From the NCBI GenBank assembly GCA_027460615.1, contig JAPZAO010000124.1, positions 1 to 25,001 on the forward strand: a stretch of DNA of 25,001 nt, given 5' to 3'. This DNA is from Candidatus Methanoperedens sp. GTDB taxonomy: Archaea > Halobacteriota > Methanosarcinia > Methanosarcinales > Methanoperedenaceae. Position numbers and translations under genes: made by a program. Positions 1 through 7,582 of this stretch are shown in pieces (the stretch's first letter is position 1; each line of letters opens with the position of its first letter). A model generated the notes under the pieces. That model saw nothing but the letters and a program-made list of their open reading frames with translations. It did not search any database and had not been told where the DNA came from.

Positions 1-155
1 AGCGTGGTGACAACGTTGCTGCCGACAAAGGGCTTTTTCCCGGTCGCCATTTCATAGAGCACGACACCGAAAGAGAAAAGATCACTGCGGGGATCGAGTT
101 CGTCGCTGCGGGCCTGTTCCGGCGACATATAAACCGCCGTCCCGGGAATGACTAT
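1..155 (-). pseudogene. Hanks-type Ser/Thr protein kinase, C-lobe fragment (runs off the left edge; 5' catalytic part missing)
   Basis: Minus-strand translation of 152..1 gives [51 protein letters not shown]. This contains kinase subdomain VIII (GTxxYMSPE) and IX (DxFSFGVxLYEM). The HRD/DFG and ATP-binding parts should lie upstream, at coordinates above 155, but that position is occupied by the CRISPR repeat. About 57% GC by hand count, the highest in the window. Confidence 0.5.
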
Positions 156-159
156 AATT

Positions 160-269
160 GTTTCAATCCTTGTTTTAGTGGATGTGCTTCTTGAATTAGA
201 ACATATAGTTTGTTCTACTAATTCATTACTCTGTTTCAATCCTTGTTTTAGTGGATGTGCTTCTTGAAT
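160..269 (-). CRISPR. Minimal CRISPR array: two identical 37-bp repeats and one 36-bp spacer
   Basis: GTTTCAATCCTTGTTTTAGTGGATGTGCTTCTTGAAT occurs at 160-196 and 233-269 (37/37 identical). The spacer is 197-232, TAGAACATATAGTTTGTTCTACTAATTCATTACTCT. The reverse complement of the repeat ends in ATTGAAAC, the usual 8-nt crRNA 5' handle. Transcription is therefore on the minus strand, away from cas4. Confidence 0.85.
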
Positions 270-377
270 CGCATGAATTTTCGGCTATTTAGGGCAAAAT
301 ATGCTCTATAATGGCTTAGATTTTACGCTCAAAATTCTTGGTGCAAAATTATAGATTGATTTATAAGAACAAGAAAA
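270..377 (-). promoter_or_regulatory. CRISPR leader (AT-rich, between the cas4 stop and the first repeat)
   Basis: A 108-bp non-coding AT-rich stretch directly upstream of the array in the crRNA sense. It has TATA-like runs (CTTATAAATC, CTATAATTTT on the minus strand) and three GCAAAAT/TCAAAAT motifs. Confidence 0.6.
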
Positions 378-1267
<890 letters not shown>

Positions 1268-1278
1268 TTAAGTTCCTC

Positions 1279-2247
1279 CTATTTTATCAGACTGTTCGCT
1301 ATGCTGTGGCATTCCATCTGGATCGTGTTCCTGACCTTGACATTGCGCCCGTTGTATTCGATTTCCTTATCGAGAGCATCATTTATCGCTGAAATCAACA
1401 CCGCTTTACCATCCTTATTCATGTATAAGCCGCCGGGGATTCTGTCGAATAAGCCATCATGCACCTGTTTTTTTGAAAAAAGGTTTATAACCGTCCTGTC
1501 GATATATATTCTGAAAATCTCAATAAGGTCGAAAACAAAGGATTTCTTGTTATAATTATCGGTGTGCAGGAAGCCCATATATGGGTCAAGTCCTGCGATA
1601 ATACATGCTTTTTCGACATGTGAATACAGAACCCCGTAACCGTAATTGAGGAGGCAGTTGAAGGCATCCTGCGCCGGGTCGCGGCTCCTGCCGTTGAATT
1701 TCCAGGCATCGGGCATGATGCTGCTCAGTGCTTCGAAATATGTCAGCGATGCCATGCCCTCAGTTCCCATAATCGAGCCGCGCTTTTCATCGAGCGAACC
1801 TTTCATGCCCATGAGGTCGTCCTTCAATTGGCTAATTTTCACAATGTACTGCCCGAAAGTCTCATAGTCATCGGGTCGGTTCTTTTTCAGGTCTTTGAGG
1901 AAATCAAGCTGATTTTCAATTTTCTGAACAATCCAGCCGCGCGCCAGGTTGAAACCCACAGATGAGGCTTCAGCTTCAAGCTGCCGGCGCCGGATGAGCG
2001 TTGTGCTACCAAGCTTGGAGTGCCACACCCTGCCGTAAGGATTGCCGAAGTAGTCCAGGAATACAATATCAATGTTGTTCTCAACTGCAAATTCGATAGC
2101 ATCCGTGGTAATGGTCGCTGAAGTTGTTATGAGTATGCTGTCCACCTTGTCTGCTGAGACCTCAAAGCTCTTGTCGTCGTTCTTTACAAGGAAGCAGTTC
2201 TTTTCCTTTTTGAGATACGCGCCGCGCGTGTTTATTACGAGTTGCAT
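1279..2247 (-). CDS. cas1: Cas1 integrase
   Basis: 322 aa with C-terminal catalytic-region motifs (GFLH, DLIEIFR). Immediately upstream of cas2. Its start overlaps the cas6 stop by 13 nt. Confidence 0.9.
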   Translation of the reverse strand: MQLVINTRGAYLKKEKNCFLVKNDDKSFEVSADKVDSILITTSATITTDAIEFAVENNIDIVFLDYFGNPYGRVWHSKLGSTTLIRRRQLEAEASSVGFNLARGWIVQKIENQLDFLKDLKKNRPDDYETFGQYIVKISQLKDDLMGMKGSLDEKRGSIMGTEGMASLTYFEALSSIMPDAWKFNGRSRDPAQDAFNCLLNYGYGVLYSHVEKACIIAGLDPYMGFLHTDNYNKKSFVFDLIEIFRIYIDRTVINLFSKKQVHDGLFDRIPGGLYMNKDGKAVLISAINDALDKEIEYNGRNVKVRNTIQMECHSIANSLIK

Positions 2248-2918
2248 TTTATAACTCCATCTCTCTCCAATTGTTTCACTGTCCCAAAGCCTCTTGAAAC
2301 CGATTTCCCGATGCCAAGATAATCAGGTATGAGGAAGTTGGTACAGAATCCTCCGATGAAGGTCATCACGTTTACATCTTTCAACCTGCTTTTCCTGATA
2401 TTTACATCAACATCGCATTTTATCGTATCGGGCACCTGATAATCTAAAGATTTTGACACGGAAAGAAGGTTCCCAATGAGCGTTTTTCTCAGGAATTCAT
2501 TTCTATCCTCACGACTCTTAAGACCATAGTACTTTTTGTAATTTTCTTGGTTGAGCGCAAGCCATGGCGTGGCGAACTCATAGGAATGTATCTTTTCCGA
2601 AATCCCGAACTCCTGGTTCTTCACAGAGATGCCCTTCTCCACGATCTCATAAACCTCCTCGCCGAGTTTTATTTCATCGTATTTATCATAAACCTGTTTT
2701 AAAACTTCGGCGCCGTCATTGATGCCGACGACCATCGGCGCGCCGCCTATCATCTTGTACTGCACGAGGGGATAGCGATAGATGAGCCTGTCGGCACTGT
2801 GCTGGTGGAGGAGGGAGTATTCGTTGAATTGGGTAGCGAAGAAGCCGCGCAGTTCTGGCGCGCTGCCGGTGATAGGGCGGGTGGAGGCGATGGTGAGGGT
2901 GAAGATTTTCAGGAGCAT
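2235..2918 (-). CDS. cas6: Cas6 (Cas6b-like crRNA endoribonuclease)
   Basis: YRYPLVQYK N-terminal RAMP motif and the Gly-rich C-terminal loop GIGKSVSRGFGTV. I place the start at ATG 2918 (MLLKIFTLTIA) rather than the upstream TTG at 2924. The decayed paralog at 3378 starts at the homologous Met (MNLKTPTLATA). Confidence 0.85.
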   Translation of the reverse strand: MLLKIFTLTIASTRPITGSAPELRGFFATQFNEYSLLHQHSADRLIYRYPLVQYKMIGGAPMVVGINDGAEVLKQVYDKYDEIKLGEEVYEIVEKGISVKNQEFGISEKIHSYEFATPWLALNQENYKKYYGLKSREDRNEFLRKTLIGNLLSVSKSLDYQVPDTIKCDVDVNIRKSRLKDVNVMTFIGGFCTNFLIPDYLGIGKSVSRGFGTVKQLERDGVIKCNS

Positions 2919-2935
2919 TTGCAATCCTCATCTGA

Positions 2936-2983
2936 TTTTATTTCATGATATGTATCAAAGTAATTTTTTATAAATCCGGCGCC
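2936..2983 (-). repeat. Orphan copy of an internal cas6 segment (region encoding ...YDKYDEIK)
   Basis: TTTTATTTCATGATATGTATCAAAG resembles cas6 2667-2692 (about 20 of 25). TTTATAAATCCGGCGCC (2967-2983) is identical to 3257-3273. The minus-strand translation is GAGFIKNYFDTYHEIK, against DGAEVLKQVYDKYDEIK in cas6. Confidence 0.8.
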
Positions 2984-3030
2984 GATAGGAAGCCGATGCA
3001 GCTTCTGTCTATAGAAATAACAAACCACAG
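2978..3030 (+). repeat. Copy A of a roughly 55-bp repeat element
   Basis: GGCGCC-GATAGGAAG-CCGATGCAGCTTC-...-CAAACCACAG. It aligns with copy B (3123-3177) and with the reverse complement of copy C (10214-10269). It is the most diverged copy in its 3' half. Confidence 0.75.
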
Positions 3031-3069
3031 GTGAAAGCAAAGAGCGCAAAGCGAGATGGAATATAAACA

Positions 3070-3098
3070 ACGAACTCAATACGAACTCGTACGAACTC
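3070..3098. repeat. 3x tandem ACGAACTC (period 10-11 bp)
   Basis: ACGAACTC occurs at 3070-3077, 3081-3088 and 3091-3098. Confidence 0.85.
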
Positions 3099-3122
3099 AT
3101 GGTTAAATATTTTAAACTGTTC

Positions 3123-3177
3123 GGCGCGCCAATATGAATCCGATGCAGCCTCAGGTAATCGAAAATATAAACCGCAG
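3123..3177 (+). repeat. Copy B of the roughly 55-bp repeat element
   Basis: GGCGCGCC-AATATGAAT-CCGATGCAGCCTC-AGGTA-ATCGAAAATATAAACCGCAG. Its 3' 20-mer matches the reverse complement of copy C at 19 of 20 positions. Confidence 0.85.
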
Positions 3178-3199
3178 ATGAACGCAGATAAACGCAGAT
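3173..3199. repeat. 3x tandem CGCAGAT (period 10 bp), extending the 3' end of copy B
   Basis: CGCAGAT occurs at 3173-3179, 3183-3189 and 3193-3199, within AACCGCAGATG / AACGCAGATA / AACGCAGATG. Confidence 0.85.
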
Positions 3200-3210
3200 G
3201 TTGTTGATTT

Positions 3211-3378
3211 TCATATTCTCCATATTTTTATTTCATCGTATTTATCATAAATCATCTTTATAAATCCGGCGCCGTCATGAAATCCCGGCGCGCCGTCTGT
3301 CGTGATGCTGCGCCGCGCCTGTGGGATGGGGAGGGCGGGGAGGCGGGCGGTGGCGAGGGTGGGGGTTTTGAGGTTCAT
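3211..3378 (-). pseudogene. Decayed cas6 paralog (N-terminus plus mid segment, internally deleted)
   Basis: From ATG 3378 the translation is MNLKTPTLATARLPALPIPQARRSITTDGAPGFHDGAGFIKMIYDKYDEIKIWRI*. A 26-bp block at 3226-3251 is identical to cas6 2667-2692. The GGCGCC and GGCGCGCC sites are conserved, with about 90 nt and about 9 nt deleted relative to intact cas6, and the product is only 55 aa. The ATG sits 2 nt after the cas3 stop. Confidence 0.8.
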
Positions 3379-3380
3379 AG

Positions 3381-5843
3381 TTAAAAAAGCAAGGTCCCTC
3401 CAGAACACGGTACGAATCCAGTTTCTTTATCATACCTAAACTTTAATTCATCTATTGAGACATAGGCTATTCCATTTTCATTTTCTGGCGCGGGAGCCTT
3501 ATCCTTGGGAATTGAAATTACATATTCATAGAAATCTTTTTTTATTTTTAAAAATTCTAACTTACGTTCAAAAGGTGATTTAATTTCTTGAACTTTATAG
3601 TATTTTTGTCTTACATTCTTTGCTTCATCATCAAGTTCTATAAAAATATCTGTCTTGTAAGAATCCTCTCTTATCAATTCAAAATCAGAAATCGGTATTC
3701 TTTTATTTCTGTCGGGATTTTTGTCATAAAAATACAAATCATAAATTGAATCAATTAATTTAGTTTGTGTTCCAGATTTCGCTTTTGCCAGTTTAAAATA
3801 ATCTTCGATGAGTTCTACAAAATCTACCTCTGGGATTTTATTTCTTTTTCCATTTTGAAATAAAGTATGGACAATATTTAATAAAACAGGATCATAAATC
3901 TTTGTGAATGAACTACCTTTTTCATTAATTAAATTCACTAAATGCATTTCCGCATTATCTAATCGTTTATTTCTATTGCATCTTCCAGCAACCTGTATTA
4001 TAGAATCTAACGGACCCATATCACGATAGACACAATCACAATCAATATCTACTCCTGCTTCGATAAGTTGCGTAGAAACAACTATAATCCTTTGATTATT
4101 TTTTATCGCTTTTCTTGCATTTTCGATTCTTTGCTTTCTTTCTTTCGGCGTGATATTTGTCGATAAATAGCATATTTTAAAAGGTAAACCTAATTCGTGG
4201 ATTTTATCTTTTATTAACTTATGAAACTCTAAAGAAGAACCAATTGTATTAAAAACAAATAAATATGAGTTTTTAGACCAATCATTTAATTCATTACAGA
4301 ACTCTACTATTTGCTTTTCTTTATTGTCTATCTGTAAACATACACGATTTAACTCTTCAGCCTTAAAATGATTTTTATAATTATCAACAAGCTCTTTGTA
4401 TTCTCCCTCATCAAAGATTAATGGCTTTGTAGCTGTCATCAAAATAATTCTACAATTAAAATATTCTGTCATCCCGATTAAAACTTTTCGTACTAAATTC
4501 CAATATTCGATCGGAATATTCTGTGCTTCATCTAAAATAATTATTGAATTCACTATATTATGATACTTCTTTAAGCTTCTATTTTTATATCCAATCAAAC
4601 TGTAAAATAGTTGAATAAAAGTTGTAACAATTACTTCTGATTCCCAGGATTCAATTAAGGCAAGGCTTTCATCCACATCCTTTTCTTTGTCAATATTTTC
4701 TGTTTTATAAAATATTTCTGAAAGATGATGATGTTTTAAAAGATATTGACTTTCGTTATCCTTAAAATCGATAATTTGGCTTAAGACTTCATCGAACACA
4801 GTATAGTTTTGATCTATGATACTTGTAAAAGGCAATGAATAGATAATCCTTGGCTCATTTTTTAGATTAAGATGGTTTTTTAGGATTTTTCGTAGTTTCA
4901 AACCCGCAGCTAAAGAAGTTAATGTTTTACCTGTTCCTGTCGGCGCCGTTAACGTAAAAATTTTTTGATCTATATTCTCAGGATTAGATATATTTTCTAT
5001 TACCGATTTTTGAATCTGATATCTAATAGCATTTATATTGCTCTTGTTTTTTTCTTTAAATTCAGGTTTGTTTAAATGAGTTTCTACAAGAGTATCAGTT
5101 ATTTCTTTTCGTTCAATTTCTTTAATATGTCCAGCGTGTTTTTTATCAGAATCAATTAAGATTGAATAGAGTAATAAGGTAATTAAAAAATAACTTATCT
5201 CTCTATTCTCCTTTTTTGAGTTGCTGTCTGTAAAATCGTAGTTCAATTTTCTTAATGGTTTTATTATTTTATCTAATTCTGGAAAACTCGCAAATGGGGA
5301 TTCATAACGATATAAATTGCATATAATACGTGGAAAATTCAATTCGTAACCTTGAAAAAGGACGGTATATATTTTTTCAATTTCTTTCTCCGACTTCTTT
5401 ATAGACAAAAGTTGTTCTCTGATAAAATTGAATTCTTTATCTAAATTTTTTGATTCTACATCACTATTAATGTCATTCAAATTACCATGATGATGCTTTA
5501 CAATAAAATAACCAAAAAGGGGCAGATAATTATGAATCTTATTATGTTCACCACTTTTGATTTTAACAAATTCTGATAAAACCTCAAACGTGAACAGTGC
5601 AGAAATTAAACCGTGATGAGTTAATCCGCTTTCCGATGTTTTTCCATAAAGGTAATCTTGGAAATATTGTGTAAATTTTCCAAAATCATGTGATATTCCA
5701 ACGAGATATGCAACATCTGATAAAAGATTTTTATCTAAATTAAGTTGCTTATCAAGTAATATTTTTTTTCCATTTTCTCCAACTATCTGAAGATGGTCTT
5801 TTAATCGAATATCTGGATTTAGGTGCGAAAAAAACTCTTTCAT
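3381..5843 (-). CDS. cas3: Cas3 (fused HD nuclease + SF2 helicase)
   Basis: 820 aa. HD-domain motifs (GISHDFGKF, VKHHHGNL), Walker A (LTAPTGTGKT), a DEAQ box (IILDEAQ) and a helicase C-terminal part. About 27% GC. Confidence 0.9.
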   Translation of the reverse strand: MKEFFSHLNPDIRLKDHLQIVGENGKKILLDKQLNLDKNLLSDVAYLVGISHDFGKFTQYFQDYLYGKTSESGLTHHGLISALFTFEVLSEFVKIKSGEHNKIHNYLPLFGYFIVKHHHGNLNDINSDVESKNLDKEFNFIREQLLSIKKSEKEIEKIYTVLFQGYELNFPRIICNLYRYESPFASFPELDKIIKPLRKLNYDFTDSNSKKENREISYFLITLLLYSILIDSDKKHAGHIKEIERKEITDTLVETHLNKPEFKEKNKSNINAIRYQIQKSVIENISNPENIDQKIFTLTAPTGTGKTLTSLAAGLKLRKILKNHLNLKNEPRIIYSLPFTSIIDQNYTVFDEVLSQIIDFKDNESQYLLKHHHLSEIFYKTENIDKEKDVDESLALIESWESEVIVTTFIQLFYSLIGYKNRSLKKYHNIVNSIIILDEAQNIPIEYWNLVRKVLIGMTEYFNCRIILMTATKPLIFDEGEYKELVDNYKNHFKAEELNRVCLQIDNKEKQIVEFCNELNDWSKNSYLFVFNTIGSSLEFHKLIKDKIHELGLPFKICYLSTNITPKERKQRIENARKAIKNNQRIIVVSTQLIEAGVDIDCDCVYRDMGPLDSIIQVAGRCNRNKRLDNAEMHLVNLINEKGSSFTKIYDPVLLNIVHTLFQNGKRNKIPEVDFVELIEDYFKLAKAKSGTQTKLIDSIYDLYFYDKNPDRNKRIPISDFELIREDSYKTDIFIELDDEAKNVRQKYYKVQEIKSPFERKLEFLKIKKDFYEYVISIPKDKAPAPENENGIAYVSIDELKFRYDKETGFVPCSGGTLLF

Positions 5844-5844
5844 G

Positions 5845-6588
5845 TTACATAAATGTTATATTGTCGGTATTTTTTTTATAGGTTACTTTGTAGAAGGGCT
5901 CATTCAAAGATACATTCAGGTCTTTTCCACTTTTTTCAAAAATATATTGCTCCAATCTCGTTATATCCCTATTTTCAGAAAAGTCAGCAGGCATTTTCTC
6001 AATGAGGTATTGCGAATTATCATCTTCAAACTTTAGACCTCGATCTTTAATAGCATTTTTTCTACAAACGCAATTTAATATTGCATCAGTATTTTTTTGT
6101 GGATCGGATAATTCTCCCACATCTATGAACTCTATCTCCGCTAAAAACTCAGTAATTCCTAAATATGGGGGATAAAAAAACTTTTGTTGTTCTAATCTCT
6201 CCTTAAATTCTTGGTGAATTTTTTCATGCTGAAAATAAATTCTATATACTATATCATAATTATTCAATGGGCGCACAATTTCCAATGGTATCGGAGTATG
6301 TTCCATTTTACCTGATAAAATCGAATCCATTGTGTAACTTTTGGTATTAGTATAATTCATTGTCTGCATGATTTTTCTAATCGGGGTTTTAATGGAAACA
6401 GCCACCTTACATTCAGAGTCACCAAACTTTTTATAATAAGTGTCTCTTTCATAACCTAAAAGCCCAGCCACAAGGCCCGTTATTACCGTTCTTGGAGGAA
6501 AGGAATAACTTAAAGAGGATGAATTAGTGAAATATTTTCTAAAATGTGCAAATGGTCCTTTTAGGTCAAATATTAAGATATTTGTCAA
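5845..6588 (-). CDS. cas5: Cas5 (subtype I-B type)
   Basis: The N-terminus FDLKGPFAHFRKYFTNSSSLSYSFPPRTVITGLVAGLLG is the classic Cas5 signature. TTG start with GAGGAG 6 nt upstream. The stop lies 1 nt from the cas3 ATG. Confidence 0.85.
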   Translation of the reverse strand: MTNILIFDLKGPFAHFRKYFTNSSSLSYSFPPRTVITGLVAGLLGYERDTYYKKFGDSECKVAVSIKTPIRKIMQTMNYTNTKSYTMDSILSGKMEHTPIPLEIVRPLNNYDIVYRIYFQHEKIHQEFKERLEQQKFFYPPYLGITEFLAEIEFIDVGELSDPQKNTDAILNCVCRKNAIKDRGLKFEDDNSQYLIEKMPADFSENRDITRLEQYIFEKSGKDLNVSLNEPFYKVTYKKNTDNITFM

Positions 6589-6622
6589 TGAAGTCTCCTC
6601 TATCTGATCTTTGATTTTTCAT

Positions 6623-7582
6623 TTAACTTACCATAATCTGGGCCAATTTTCCCTCTAATCCAGTTAATAAAGAACCTAAATTTCCATCTTTTACATCTTT
6701 TATTTGTAAATCTTTGTGTATCCACCAATTTATTTTTTGAATTTTGCCTTTATTGTAATCTAAAATTTTTTTCAATTCAGATAAATCCATATTATAATCT
6801 GTCACAAATCGAACTGGGGATTTTGCATCGGAATCTATTGCTACATATTTTCTTAGGTCGCCAAGTAAATATTCTGGTGAGTTATATTCTATTCTTAAAT
6901 ACAACCTGGGATATTGCCCGATCTTAGTCCGAGTAGCCATGAGAGGAATACTGTTTACTATTGCTTTATCCAGTAAACCTATATCATCATCCGTCAGATT
7001 GGTTTTCTCTGCTCTTTTTGCACTTATTATTCCATGAAAAGCAATAAGAGAGTAATCAACTCTGTAATCCTTGCCCATTGCCCCTTGTGTTTTCTCACTT
7101 TCAGAGCTAAAATGAGAAGTTATTCCATTTGAGTCAACGAGCGTAACCTTATTTAAAGAGTAGCCCCAATTGAATTGTACTGGCCCAATAAATTTTCTTG
7201 AAGAGCCCGGTTTATTTTTTTCACCTTTAATAGGCATTGTTGCTCCAAAAAAGCGGACATCGACAAGTTCAGAAAGTAAATCATCATCTAATAAATCTTC
7301 TAATTTGCTTACTTTTTTCTGTTGTGCAAGAATGTTTAATCTTTCTGTAGCATTAACCACGCGGCCATCGATGTTACAAACGAAAATTGTTTTTTTAAGA
7401 TATTGTTCAATATAATCTCGAATATATCTTTTTAATCGTAAGTCTGAAACAAGATTTATTTCTCTATCTACGTCCATTCTCGGTTTATTTTCATTGTCTG
7501 GGTCTCCATTCGGATTACACATCTTTGCATCATAGACAAACAATATCTCATGGTTGTTCGAAATAGTTTTTTCATTACTCAT
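6623..7582 (-). CDS. cas7: Cas7 (Csh2/Csd2-like backbone subunit)
   Basis: ILFVYDAKMCNPNGDPDNENKPRMD (NPNGDP motif). ATG at 7582 with GGAGG 8 nt upstream; the track ORF extends to a TTG at 7588. Confidence 0.85.
   Translation of the reverse strand: MSNEKTISNNHEILFVYDAKMCNPNGDPDNENKPRMDVDREINLVSDLRLKRYIRDYIEQYLKKTIFVCNIDGRVVNATERLNILAQQKKVSKLEDLLDDDLLSELVDVRFFGATMPIKGEKNKPGSSRKFIGPVQFNWGYSLNKVTLVDSNGITSHFSSESEKTQGAMGKDYRVDYSLIAFHGIISAKRAEKTNLTDDDIGLLDKAIVNSIPLMATRTKIGQYPRLYLRIEYNSPEYLLGDLRKYVAIDSDAKSPVRFVTDYNMDLSELKKILDYNKGKIQKINWWIHKDLQIKDVKDGNLGSLLTGLEGKLAQIMVS

Noticed and set aside
1-159. Treating 1-159 as part of the CRISPR array (an oversized spacer or degenerate repeats)
   Set aside because: No repeat-like sequence occurs in it. 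It is 57% GC and translates cleanly into conserved kinase subdomains.
1279-2247. Casposon, or Cas1-solo mobile element, as the explanation for the flanking inverted repeats
   Set aside because: This Cas1 is of normal CRISPR size (322 aa) and is coupled to cas2, cas4 and cas6. There is no family B polymerase and no casposase-type extension. The inverted elements flank the effector genes, not cas1.
2909-3223. 104-aa minus-strand ORF spanning the cas6-cas3 scar
   Set aside because: It is stitched together from the repeat elements, the tandem repeats and the orphan cas6 fragment. Only its last roughly 20 residues resemble anything (cas6). It is better explained as a non-coding recombination scar.
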